A stretch of 28,014 bases of DNA from an uncultured Fimbriimonadaceae bacterium (GCA_964370995.1 CAYJMZ010000001.1:1-28014); one strand, 5' to 3'; positions 1-10,400 are shown, numbered from the stretch's first letter. Program-made: numbers and translations. The notes: a model not told the origin generated them from the sequence alone.

Positions 1-555
1 TGTACCGGAGTTCGTGACCCGGATTTCAAGGTAGCCGCTGTTGCCACTTTGAGTCTTGAACAGCGTGCTCAGCTCAGGTGCCAAACCGGCCACGTCCTGC
101 GACTCCGCAAGCATGGTGATGATCAACAAGGGGTCCGCGTGTCGGATCGGCAGACGACGCACCACTGTGGTGCGCTGGCTACCGGTCAGGTCCGGACCGG
201 TGTTCTGCGGGGCGATCACCGGATCTTCGCGCAGGATGATCTCGTAGATGCCACCCACGACGCGGTAGGTCGCTTTGACCTGGTTGAGAATGTTCTGAAG
301 CACCGTCTCGAACGTCTTGTTCTTCAAGTTGACCGTGACTGGGCCCTGGACCTCGGGCGAAACCGAGTACGAGACCCCGACATTCTTGAACAGAATCTTC
401 AGCGCGTCCCGCACGTCGGCCTGATCGAGTTCAAGCGACGGGATGATCTTGTTGCTCGGGTCGTCCTGCTGCGCATTGGCGCGCACGGGTGCCGCCGTCA
501 ACAACAGCACTCCCAAGAAAGCGCCCATCACAAACGTCCATTGCTTTTTCATCAT
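1..555 (-). CDS. Secretin N-terminal-domain protein in the PilQ position; 3' end lies outside the window
   Basis: Hand translation, not in the ORF track: MMKKQWTFVMGAFLGVLLLTAAPVRANA|QQDDPSNKIIPSLELDQADVRDALKILFKNVGVSYSVSPEVQGPVTVNLKNKTFETVLQNILNQVKATYRVVGGIYEI...VVRRLPIRHADP, open for 185 codons to the edge. GGAGGA ribosome-binding site upstream, Sec signal peptide with an A-N-A site, STN/N0-like segment, then an N1/N3-like 'RRLPIRHADP' start. Follows pilM-N-O-P. The secretin barrel domain is not visible. Confidence 0.72.
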   Translation of the reverse strand, partial: MMKKQWTFVMGAFLGVLLLTAAPVRANAQQDDPSNKIIPSLELDQADVRDALKILFKNVGVSYSVSPEVQGPVTVNLKNKTFETVLQNILNQVKATYRVVGGIYEIILREDPVIAPQNTGPDLTGSQRTTVVRRLPIRHADPLLIITMLAESQDVAGLAPELSTLFKTQSGNSGYLEIRVTNSGT

Positions 556-587
556 GTTCCTCCGACAAAATCGGTTGTTGTTCATTT

Positions 588-1316
588 CTAAAATCCTCCG
601 CCGATGGCTCCACCACCGCCACCGCCAGGAGCGCCCGCGGCGGTGGGACCACCGCCCGCACCGCCTCCAGCTGGCTGCCCGGCACCGGCACCGCCGCCAC
701 CGCCCTGATTGAACGGTCGGCTCTCCAACCTTACGACGATCTCGCTAGGGCGTCGGTTACCATCCCTTCTCAGCACGGCCCTCTCCCCATCGATCGACAC
801 CACCGTCCACTCCGTGTTCGGAATGCGCGTGCCGGGACGAACAATCTCCGTTCGGTCCCCCTCCAATTCAATGATGGCATACACCGAGTCGCCCACGAGG
901 ATGCCGGACAACCTGCGGTACGGCTGGGCCTCGATCGGACGAGGGTCGTCTGTAGACGCCGGCACCGGGGGGGTGAACAACAGCGCATATCCCCCGGATT
1001 CCTGAAGCACTCGCGCGGACGCCTGTTCGGCCTCATACGCACGCTCGCCGCCCATCAACGCGAAAGGATCGGTGCGCGTGCCGGAGAACGACCGGTTCGA
1101 TGCGAGCGTGGCGAGGTCCGCATCCGCGGTCTGCGGAATGGGAATGCCGGCGCTGACGTCGGGGCGGAAGGGCTCCTTGTTGACCACGGGAGGAGGTCCG
1201 GACGGAGTCCCGGCGGTGGGCTGGTCGCCGCCGCACCCAACTGCGGCCAGTGCCGCAACCAGCGCGAAGGACCAGCCCAGTCGGATCGTTAAAGAGGTGC
1301 GTTGCATGTGTGTCAT
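588..1316 (-). CDS. PilP-like lipoprotein (~242 aa) with a Gly-rich C-terminal tail
   Basis: Start refined to ATG 1316 (or 1307), just after the pilO-like stop that forms TAAGGAG. Signal peptide ends LAAVG-C (lipobox-like). Contains an RTDPF motif (cf. PilP RDPF) and a beta-rich LSGILVGDSVYAII...IVRPGTRIP...VVSIDGERAVL segment resembling the PilP/GspC-HR domain. Lies between pilO-like and the secretin-like gene. Confidence 0.62.
   Translation of the reverse strand: MTHMQRTSLTIRLGWSFALVAALAAVGCGGDQPTAGTPSGPPPVVNKEPFRPDVSAGIPIPQTADADLATLASNRSFSGTRTDPFALMGGERAYEAEQASARVLQESGGYALLFTPPVPASTDDPRPIEAQPYRRLSGILVGDSVYAIIELEGDRTEIVRPGTRIPNTEWTVVSIDGERAVLRRDGNRRPSEIVVRLESRPFNQGGGGGAGAGQPAGGGAGGGPTAAGAPGGGGGGAIGGGF
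600..705 (-). repeat. Gly/Ala-rich low-complexity coding tract
   Basis: Encodes GGGGGAGAGQPAGGGAGGGPTAAGAPGGGGGGAIGG. Seen as ccgcc/ccacc runs on the plus strand. Confidence 0.8.
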
Positions 1317-1323
1317 CAACTCC

Positions 1324-2103
1324 TTAGTTCCCGGCCATTCCAGCCGCGGACGGGCCGCCGAACGGCGTGTCACCGCCACCCGGGCGGGCGGGTGCCGCGC
1401 CACCGCCGGCGCCACCCGCCGCGGCACCTTCCGGCACGGCGGGGTACACCTTGTCGCCTCGGATGTAGCCCACGATCGTCAAATTGTAGGTCCCCGTCAG
1501 ATTCGGAGACGTGCCCGAAAGCGCCAGGCCGCTAGCCACCGCCAAATACTTCCGCATCCTCGACCAACCGCGCACGTTCGCCGCAATCTGCGCGTAGGTG
1601 CCCTGCACCGTGACCGTGCCGAGATCGAAGATCACCACCGGAAACGGGATGGCGGGATAGTTGAAGTAGTCCGCGACGATCGAAGACGCCGCTTCCTCCG
1701 GGGCGGGAACAAACGGTCCGTTCGGCACGACGACCCCGCCGTAGCGAATCTGGGCGTTGACCGCACGCTGCACGTTGTTGCGAAACTTGGCGGCGTCCAC
1801 CGTGAGCTGCCACGCGTGAACCGCGAGGTTGATCCCACCGGAGTTCACCGAGTCGGTGGGCGTGTGCGCCTCGACGACCGAGCGCCACTGCGCAGCCTTC
1901 TCGTTGACCATCTGCTTCGCCTTTTCGACGCGTTTCACGGCGATGGGCAACTTGGCCCCTTCGGCCACGTACAAGTCGCGCTGGTCGTTCTGGTACTGCG
2001 TCTCAGTCTTGTTCGGCTTCCACTCCTTGAAGAATGCAAAGGAGAGCGCAATCAGGCCTACCGCGAGGCCGATTAGAAATATAGGCAAAGCTCCAATCTT
2101 CAT
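1324..2103 (-). CDS. PilO-like inner-membrane alignment protein (259 aa)
   Basis: Single N-terminal hydrophobic segment, then a charged helical stretch and a mixed alpha/beta domain. AAGGAG site upstream. The call rests mainly on synteny (pilM-pilN-X-pilP-secretin). Confidence 0.55.
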   Translation of the reverse strand: MKIGALPIFLIGLAVGLIALSFAFFKEWKPNKTETQYQNDQRDLYVAEGAKLPIAVKRVEKAKQMVNEKAAQWRSVVEAHTPTDSVNSGGINLAVHAWQLTVDAAKFRNNVQRAVNAQIRYGGVVVPNGPFVPAPEEAASSIVADYFNYPAIPFPVVIFDLGTVTVQGTYAQIAANVRGWSRMRKYLAVASGLALSGTSPNLTGTYNLTIVGYIRGDKVYPAVPEGAAAGGAGGGAAPARPGGGDTPFGGPSAAGMAGN

Positions 2104-2115
2104 CGCATTCTCTCC

Positions 2116-2985
2116 TTACTGATCCTCTTCGACCTGTCCGCCGCCCTTCCCGGCGCGATTCGGCGGAACCGCCGCCGGGGCCGGGGCTTGGAAGCCGCCG
2201 CCACCCGTGCTGGCAGGTGCCGCCGAGCCGATTCCGGACAGCGTACCGCGTGGGTCCGGTGTTTGGACGCCACGGGCCAGCACAACGGTCACAGCGACCG
2301 TTGAATAGTTTGGCATCGCGCCTCGTGGCCCGGGCGCTCCGCCAAACCCGCTGGTACCGCTGAATCCGGACACCCCGCCCTGCGCGATCATCTGGTCGAG
2401 GCGGGCGAGGGGATCGTCGGGGATCGGCTGCTCGCCCGGCCGAATCGGGCGGCCGAACTGGTCCGTCTGGCTCAACTGGGGCACGTACCGGTCCGTGTTC
2501 TGATAACCTGCGCGCGCCACGGTCTGAACACCGGGGATGCGGTAGAGGGCGAGCATGAGGTCCGCGTACTCCTGATAGGTGTGCAGCACGCCGTTCAGCG
2601 AAAGGGTCGTGGTGTCCGGCCCTCCCGCACTGGCCGACATCGACGTCACGCGGTAGAACGCTGGAATGTACCCGCGCACCTCGTCGTACAGGTCGGGATA
2701 GACCGTGCTGTGCTTGGACATCTCGTCGGCGAGGTTGATGTTGACGAGGATCACCCGCGCCTGCGCGATGACCTCGTCGGCGTACTTCGAGGTCGCGGTG
2801 GCCAAGTCGGCGCGCGGCTTGGCCTCTGCGGCGGCCTTGGTGGCCTGCTGCAGCTCGGCACGCGACGTGAAGATCATGCCGATGGCGGCCGCGATCGAAA
2901 GCACGGCGACCAGAACCGACAACACGATCGCTGTTTGGGCTTGCTTCCCCTTCGATACCGAGGTTGGGAGTAGATTCAGCTTCAT
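2116..2985 (-). CDS. pilN: Type IV pilus alignment protein PilN (289 aa)
   Basis: N-terminal MKLNLLP (the PilM-binding [IL]NLLP motif), then a TM helix and a helical stalk. Directly downstream of pilM, with TAGGAG site. Confidence 0.82.
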   Translation of the reverse strand: MKLNLLPTSVSKGKQAQTAIVLSVLVAVLSIAAAIGMIFTSRAELQQATKAAAEAKPRADLATATSKYADEVIAQARVILVNINLADEMSKHSTVYPDLYDEVRGYIPAFYRVTSMSASAGGPDTTTLSLNGVLHTYQEYADLMLALYRIPGVQTVARAGYQNTDRYVPQLSQTDQFGRPIRPGEQPIPDDPLARLDQMIAQGGVSGFSGTSGFGGAPGPRGAMPNYSTVAVTVVLARGVQTPDPRGTLSGIGSAAPASTGGGGFQAPAPAAVPPNRAGKGGGQVEEDQ

Positions 2986-2994
2986 GCGTAGCTC

Positions 2995-4218
2995 CTAGTC
3001 GAACAAGATGTGGAGGCCGTTGCCGATCGCGACGGCGAACTCCTGGCGGTGCTCGTCCACGTACTCCGTTGTGGCCTTCCGAGCGTTGACGCTGATGTTT
3101 CGCAACGGGTCGAAAACGTCGCACGGCACCCCGAGCGACAATTCGAGGAACGGGGCGAGGCCCTTCAGCTTCGAACCTCCGCCGCAAATCGCGATGCGGC
3201 TTACGTCGCCGCCCCGACTGCGGAAGTAGTCGATCGAACGGCGAACCTCGGCGACAAACTCGTCGAGAACGGGCGCGATCGCGTTGTAGATCTGGGTGTC
3301 GCCCGGGCCCGCCGGCACCGGTGCGGGGGACGCTGCCGGAACGTCGGGCGCGCCCTCGGGCTCCGCACTCGGCACGGCAGCCGGGGCCTTGGGGATCGGC
3401 TCGTCTGTAAACGGGTTGTAGGGCTGGAACTCCTGCGTCGCCGCCCCACCAAACGCCGTCTGGGTTTGGGCCGACGCGGGAATCTCGCACTTGTCCTTCT
3501 TCAACCGCTCGGCGTCCTCCACGCTCACACCCAGCGCATCTGCGACAGCCTTGGTGAACATCTCGCCGCCAATCGGCACCTGACGGGGCATCAGCAGCTT
3601 GCCGCCCTTGAAAATGTTGATCGACGTGGTCTTGTGGCCGACGTCCACGAGGCACACCGTCTGCTGGTCGTATTTGTCGTCGTAGCTGACCTTGACCGAG
3701 CGCGCCAACCCCAGCGGCTCGACGTCGATGGCCACAGGCTGCTTGCCCGCTTTCTTCAGACACCCCAACACCGTGTCGATCGCCGACTGCGGAGAGATCG
3801 CCATCACGACGTCCATGTTCTGGGAGTTCGGATCGTCGCTCGCGAGCGGTTGGAAGTCGCTGACGACCGTGCTCTCGGCAAACGGGATGTTCCGGTTGAT
3901 CTCCCACTGCATGTGCTCTCTGAGCTCCGCGGGGTTCATGCGGGGAACTTCCAAGGTTCGGACCAGCACCGAAGCCTGCCCCGCGATCGACACCACCGCC
4001 TGCGACACCGACACGCCGCTGTCCGCGATGAGCTGCTTGAGCGCGGCGCCCACTGCATCGCTGTTGAACACACCCGTGTGGTCCACGCTTCCCTCGGGGG
4101 TGTCGATCATTCCCAGAGCCGTCACGACGACGTCCCGTCCTTGGCCCCTGACTTCGGCTACCTTGATGGTTCGGCTGCCGATATCGACGCCCAGAACGCT
4201 GCTCAGCTTTTTGGCCAT
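2995..4218 (-). CDS. pilM: Type IV pilus assembly protein PilM (actin/FtsA-like, 407 aa)
   Basis: VLGVDIGSRTIKVAE, LVDVGHKTTSI, IAICGGGSKLKGL and FAVAIGNGL motifs typical of PilM. Confidence 0.95.
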   Translation of the reverse strand: MAKKLSSVLGVDIGSRTIKVAEVRGQGRDVVVTALGMIDTPEGSVDHTGVFNSDAVGAALKQLIADSGVSVSQAVVSIAGQASVLVRTLEVPRMNPAELREHMQWEINRNIPFAESTVVSDFQPLASDDPNSQNMDVVMAISPQSAIDTVLGCLKKAGKQPVAIDVEPLGLARSVKVSYDDKYDQQTVCLVDVGHKTTSINIFKGGKLLMPRQVPIGGEMFTKAVADALGVSVEDAERLKKDKCEIPASAQTQTAFGGAATQEFQPYNPFTDEPIPKAPAAVPSAEPEGAPDVPAASPAPVPAGPGDTQIYNAIAPVLDEFVAEVRRSIDYFRSRGGDVSRIAICGGGSKLKGLAPFLELSLGVPCDVFDPLRNISVNARKATTEYVDEHRQEFAVAIGNGLHILFD

Positions 4219-4259
4219 GTTGTTCTTGAAACCTGCTTTCCCCTAGGGAGGGCGAAGCT

Positions 4260-4289
4260 ATGTTATCACCGGCTTTCCCCAGGTGTCAA
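4260..4289 (-). promoter_or_regulatory. Sigma70-type promoter for pilM-N-O-P-Q
   Basis: Minus strand TTGACA (4289-4284), 18-nt spacer ending in TGA (extended -10 TGn), then TAACAT (4265-4260). About 40 nt upstream of the pilM ATG. Confidence 0.7.
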
Positions 4290-4417
4290 CGTCACCCGGC
4301 CACCGACGCATCAAAGACGCGGCACGGGGCTCCGGAGGTTCGGTGAAACACGAGAATACTCGACAACCTTCGAACTCGAACCCGCTAGGCTCGAAATGGG
4401 GCGTTTTGACAGCGCGA

Positions 4418-4448
4418 AGGGCCACCGCGCGACCCACGCGACGGCCCT
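4418..4448 (-). other. GC-rich stem-loop just 3' of the 2188-aa gene (terminator-like or mRNA-stabilising)
   Basis: AGGGCC/GGCCCT outer stem with an inner CGCG/CGCG stem and TGGGT loop, 11 nt after the stop. There is no real U-tract (only TT), so intrinsic termination is uncertain. Confidence 0.35.
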
Positions 4449-4459
4449 GCACCAGCCCG

Positions 4460-7400
4460 CTACCGACCCGAGGCGAGCGGGGTGAATCTCGGGGCAATTG
4501 TCTGGAAGAACAGGTCGGGGCCGCCGGCGCGCGTGCTGGTGTAGAACATCCACACCAAGCCCGGACGCCTCTCGGCTACCGGAGCGGGGTCGAACGGGTC
4601 GAGGAACGAGGTCAGTTGCGTCTCGTTGACGGCCTGATCGATCGGCAGGGGCATCTCGTCGTCTTCGGAGATGATTCCCACGATCGCCGTGGTCGAGAGC
4701 CCCGTGATCTCAGCGCCCGACGCGGGGTCGATGCCCGTGTACCTCACGGTGACGGAGCGATTCTCGTCTGCGTCCGTGAAGTACACGCGGCCCTTGGCGG
4801 GATCGAACTGGCAGAACCCTGTGGCCCCGCTAACCGCCACAGCTGTGAGAGTGCCGTTCGGTTGCGTGTGGATGCCGGTGGGCAATTGGATACCCAGGCG
4901 GGCCGAGCGCAGGTACGGGCGGGCCGTTTGCCCCTCACCGGACGCACCGCGGCCGTACGTGAACATGAACCGGCCGGGACGTATGGGGTCAGACGCGTTG
5001 ATCGGCGAACCGTCGGCGCGCGCCCAGTAGCTGAACTCGCCGATCAGACGGTTGTCGAACAGCAGCGACGGGCTCGAGTGGCCCGCGCCACGGTTCGCCC
5101 CGCTGATGCGCAGGAATCGGGGCGTGTACGTCGCGCGCAACTCCGCGTTCACAGGCAACGTGGCGGTCGCGAACCGAAGCGTGCCCCGCGACAGATCCAC
5201 ATAGGCCTTGCCGCCCAGTTTGGTGTCGAAGCTCAGCGTGTTGGTGTCGCGATTGTACGACCGCGTGCCCGGGACCTCGATGTCCACCGGCAGCGCGGAA
5301 CCCACGGCCTCGAGGAACGCGATGGCCCCACGCGGATTCCACTCCAGGCCCGCGGTCTGGTACACGCCGGGCTCTCCGGTGTTGGTCATGCGCTCAACGA
5401 GGCGCTCGCTCAAGAACAGGCTCGCCTGCGGCCTACCGACTGCGGAGGCCCGCATCCGGCCAAAGTACACGTCGCTGTGCGGCCGACCCTTGACCTTGCC
5501 CACGAAGGCCATCTCGAGGATGGGGTCGCCCGGGGAAAGCCCCAAAACGGCCTCACCCTGGTAGATGCGCCCCGTCACGCTCGGCGAGGTCGCGCCCTCG
5601 AACGCCGAGCCGATCGGCAAGGTAGTCGTCGGGCTCCACCATCCGTTCGCGGCCCAACCGCCGTTGGACAGGTCGTAGGTCGCGTATCCGATCTGGCTCG
5701 TGCCCGTGCCGCCCATCGTGTAGAACACCGTGGCGACGTTGCCGACCTGAACCACGCTCGGTCTGCCCTTGGAGATGTTCGGGTCGTTGGGCATCACGAT
5801 CGGCTTGGCCAGGGTCACCGCACCGGTCGAGCCGATGGTGGCTGGACCGAGAAGGATCCGGCTTTCGTTCTGGCGTCCGGTCGGCGTCTGCTTGACGGCT
5901 TCGCCCACGAAGCCCATGTATACGGTCGCGTTCGCAGCGCCGGTGAACGGGCTCACGACGCCAGAGGTCGGGAACGACGGTGAGCCGTACTTGACGCTCG
6001 ATGCGAGGATGGTCTCACCCAGCCCTGCACCGAAGATCATGTCGGGCGTGGGGTTGCTTGGGTAAGCCCCGACCTGAGGCGAAACCCATTGCGTGGCGCT
6101 CGCAGGAACGAACGCACCAAGGTCGCGCAGGGGGCTCGATCCGACGCCTGCGGAGGGGGTCGCGCCCTGCACGCTGCCCACATAGAGGCGCCAAGAGTCG
6201 TTCTTTCGCGCTTCCAAAGGCTGGAGCTGGTTGAAGCTCGTGCGCGTCGAGGCAAAGGCCAAGACCAGGTTGCCATTGAGGTCGCGAAGGGCGGCCGGCT
6301 GGGCGTTCTGGTGAAGGAAGCTGCTCGAACCGATCACAGACGGATCGTCGACCATGGGCGCGGTGTTCGAGGTGAAGTTGCTGGTGATACGCGTCTCGCG
6401 CACCTTGAACACGAGGTTCAGGGTTGGGTCGCCGTACGGTTCCACGCCATTGCCGCTCGCGTCGAGACCCAACGACAGGTTGTTGTTGTTGTCCTCGATC
6501 ACGCGCATGATCTGGCTGTAACTGCCGGCCGGCATGCCCAGAGGCGGGGTGACCGCCAGGCGCGGGGGCGCCGGGGCCGGGCTGCCAAACAGCGGCCCAG
6601 CTACAACCCCGAGGTTGGCGTTGTCCCGGCGAACGGGGTTCGTGAGGAGCTCGGTGGACACGCGGTCGCCCACGCGGGCCTTTTGGATGGCGACCTGCGG
6701 GGTCAGCGCGAAGGCGGGGTCGATGTCGGACCACAGGTACCACTGGCTGTCGAGCCAGCCCAACTCGTGGTTGCCCGACGCGAAGATCTTCCACGGCCCC
6801 GGGGCGGCCGGCGCCACGTCGGAGGCGTGTGCCAGCCGCACGTTGAGCATGTTGACGTTGCCGTCGTTGTACACGCGGAACGTCTGGAACAGCGTGTTGA
6901 ACGTGTTGGTGGCCCACGGGCCGAACGGAGAACCTCCCGCATAGGGCGCGGTCGGCCCATAGCCGGTGGTCATGGCAAGCGGCCCCAGGTCGAGGGTCGG
7001 CGTGCCCACGCTCATGTGCTCGTCGATTCCCACTCCCGTGCCCAGCCACCAGCTGCGGAACGCCTCGCGGCGGCCCCCCTGCTCGAGCTGGCCGTTGCCG
7101 TTCGCATCCACATACGCCTGCACGCGGCCCAGATAGCCGCCGTTCTCGTTGACCCCTGCAGAGTTGGACTGGAGCAGCAGGTTCGCGGGCTGGAATTTCG
7201 GCACGGCGATTTCGAAGCTCATCGGCGTGGCGACCAGCGTGCGCGTGAGCGGCGCATTCTCGTCGACGCCGGTCGGGGGATACAGCGACACGGGGCTGAA
7301 GATCGGGTTCTCAGCGGCACCGAGGGGGTCCTTGGTCGCCTTGACGTTCTCCCGCTTGACGTCCGGATAATCCGGGCTCGTGTTCGGGCGGTTGAGCGGC

Positions 7401-10400
7401 AGCTCCTCGAAGCCCGGGAAGATCGCGGGCGGCAACAGCTTGACCACCGACGTGCCGAGGCCCGGGTTCCGCCAAATGAGGTCGCCGCGCGCCACGCGCA
7501 CGTTGGTGAGGCCGCGACCCGGGCCCAAAAGCAGGGTCATCATGCTGCGGTCGTACACCGCGAGAGTGGCCGTCGCGGACTGGCCGTGTGACACGAGGCC
7601 CGCAGACGAGAGCAGCCGATCCTCGCGCGCCGGGGTCGAGGGGTCGTCCCGCGAGCCGTTCATCAGGTTCTGAAAGAGCGACGGGTCGGGCGAGTACCCG
7701 ATGCTGTAATTCGGCAGGGGAACGCCGGACACGGGGTTGTAGGACATCGCGAGTGCCAGCGGATTGCCGATCGCGAACGCACGACGCGCATTTGCGGGAG
7801 CCACGGCGATCGTCTGGGCGCGCGGCGGGTTCGAAAGCGCCGTGGTCGTGATCGTATGCGACACGAACGCGCCACCCGGGGGCAGTGCGTTGGCGCCCCC
7901 GCCTTGAAGGCTGAAGGAGATGATCGCATAACCCGAGTCCGCCGTGTTGGGGGTCGCGGTTTGGAACAGCTTGCTCTCGACCGCCAGGTTGCGGATCGCG
8001 GCGCCCTCGACGCTGAACGAGTAGTTCACGACCGGCGGAGTCACCGCGGCGTTCGGCGGCACAAGCTGCTCGATCTGGTACGGGAAGTCGTACACGAGCA
8101 CGTAAAGCGTCTCGCCCCAGTCGAACGCCGTGCGAAGCACCTCGCGTGCGGCCGCGGTGGCCTGAACGTAGGTCAGCGTCGCGGGGTTGGATCGCAGCCG
8201 CTGGTACGTGTCCTTGGTGACCAGCTTGATCTTCGCAGCACGGAAAACGTCGCCCGTGACGTCGTTCTCCACGACGGTCTCGCCGCCCGGAGGGTTCCCT
8301 GGCGAGATGTAGCCGGCGTTGAACGTGTCGTCGTCGAGCCCAAAGATGTTGCCCGCGTCGTCGACGCCATACATCCAGTTGCGCCCGACCGCGAGCGACG
8401 ACTCCAAGGACGTGCTCCCGGTGATGAACTCGTAGCCGCGCTTCGTGCCGAACCGATTGAGGTCCGCGGTGCGTGCGAACAACGCGGAGTACCGACCATC
8501 CGAGGTAGGCACCAGCACCATCGGAGCGGTGACCCGGGATCCCAATCCGGAGTTGTCGAACACCGACATCGGCGTGTACGTCAGCGCGCCCGTGCTGCCG
8601 GTGCCCAATTCGTCCGAAGACCACTGCAACACGCCGTCGGCAGCTCCGAGGGCGTAAACGAAGCGGTTCTCATTGGCGGCGAACACGGTGTCCGGCATCG
8701 TGCCGGGCGCCATTTCGGTCGCCGGCACCGTAATGGGGCTGCCTCGGAAGTCGCCTGCGGGAACGCCTAGGGTACCGTTGAACGTCCACACGACCGCCCC
8801 GGTGTCCACGTCCAGCGCGATGACTTGTCCGCGAGGGTCCTGATCCCCGTCGATGGCGTCGGTGCCGAAGTAGATGTTCCCGAACTCGATCGCCGGGGTG
8901 GAGCGGATCGCGCCCAGAGTGGCCGCGGTCGCATCCGGATACTGCCAGCGCACCGTGGTGGTGCGCGTGGCGGGAACGCCGATGGCGTCAAGGGCATACA
9001 TGCGGCCCTGGGTGGTCGGCACGTAGATCGTGGGCCCCGCAGGCAGGTCGGCGAACGCCACAGACCCCTGGATGGGCCCAAGCGCGCTGCGGATCTGTGT
9101 GCCGGGATAATCGTTGGGGTACGACCACGCGCGCGTCGTGGTGCCAGGCTTCCGCTGTGGAAGGTCCATGTCTCCGCGACCGTCCATGTCGATGCTGTAC
9201 ACGCGCCCGTTCGTGGACCCGATGTACAGCCGGTCTGTAGGCACGCCTCCGACCATCACGGTCTGCACCAAAGCCGAGCTCAGATCGAAGCCGATCGGCA
9301 TCTCGGCGACGCCGCCGGCGCCATCGATTCCCGCGACCTGGTTGGGATCGGTCCACGCGGGGTCATCGGGGTCCGGAGTAGACGGGTACGTCCAATACAC
9401 GTTGGTCGTGCCGTCCCCGTTGCCGTTCGCATCAAGGCAGTAGAGCCGCCCGTTTTCGGTTGCGACAACCACCACATCGGTCAGCGTCGGCGCGCCGGCC
9501 GGAACCGTGCGGACCCTGGCCTGCGCGAGCACGGGGGTCGAGTTGATCGCCATGTTCGCGGCGCCCACGAAGCGGATCGCGTCGGCGTACGCCTTCAGGC
9601 CAACCTCTCCGCCCGCGCTGTAGTTCAGCACGGCGACGCTCAGGCGTGCGGTCGCGTCGATGTGCGTGTACCGACGGTTGCCGATACGCACCCATGCGCC
9701 GCTGAGCGACTGGTTCACGGCGTACGTGTTGACCGCCGCGCCCTCGCGCACTTCGTAGCTGACCTGCGTGCCAAACGTCTCTCCGCCGCCGTTGCCTGGG
9801 AGCCACGCGTAGATCTCGTACGTACCGTCGTCGAGCACCGGGCTGTACGTGATGGGCGAGGACAGGCCCGGGGCCCCCACGATCGTCGCCGCGTGGTAGT
9901 TCGTGCCGCGGTAATTCGGGGCAATGGCCTCGGGCAACCACGCGGGCGAGGCGGTGACCTGGCCGCTCGTGTTGTCGAGCTGAACCGTGAATTCGGACTC
10001 GTCCAGAGGCGAGAACCTCCAGCGGACCGCGCCGGTGTCGTGCACGTACGAGGTGACAACGCCTTTGGTGATCGTGACGGTCCCGCCCTCGCGCAAACCC
10101 ACCGAGCGCTCGTTCTTCGCGGCGATCGCGCTGATCGGCGCGCCGTTGTGCAGGCCCACGATGGGGCTTGCCGAGTAGTAGCCGCCGTCGGGTTCGGCCT
10201 TGGCGCCGTCTCCGTACACGAGCGTGCTGCCAGGGTCGTCGGTCAGCTCGCCGAACTCATCGCGCGGGATGGTGTTGTACAGGCGCACCAAGATCGGGTT
10301 CACGCCATCGTAGGCGAACATCTGTTGTGTCGCGCGTCCGCCGTTGCCCAGGCGGACCCATCCGCCGCCGGCCACGAAGGTGTCCACGACCTCGACGCGG

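Noticed and set aside
2003-3907. 634-aa alternative-frame ORF over pilM/pilN, and similar off-frame minus-strand ORFs (e.g. 12710-14467, 7311-8624)
   Set aside because: Arg-rich, no recognisable motifs, and fully overlapping well-supported genes.
4336-4369. Possible three-stem RNA (AGGTT/AACCT, GTG/CAC, CGAG/CTCG) or riboswitch in the spacer
   Set aside because: Stems are only 3-5 bp, it lies upstream of the predicted promoter, and I see no match to riboswitch consensus such as c-di-GMP-I. An Rfam scan would settle it.
4406-4411. Plus-strand TTGACA pointing antisense into the 2188-aa gene
   Set aside because: No -10-like hexamer at 16-19 nt spacing.
4258-4497. 79-aa ORF in the spacer upstream of pilM
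   Set aside because: Overlaps the upstream gene end and the promoter, has no ribosome-binding site, and has atypical composition.
7481-9178. Two RGD tripeptides in the 2188-aa protein (7481-7489, 9170-9178), recalling the integrin-binding RGD of PilY1
   Set aside because: About one is expected by chance in a Gly/Arg/Asp-rich protein of this length. RGD also appears in the PilO-like and PilV-like proteins.
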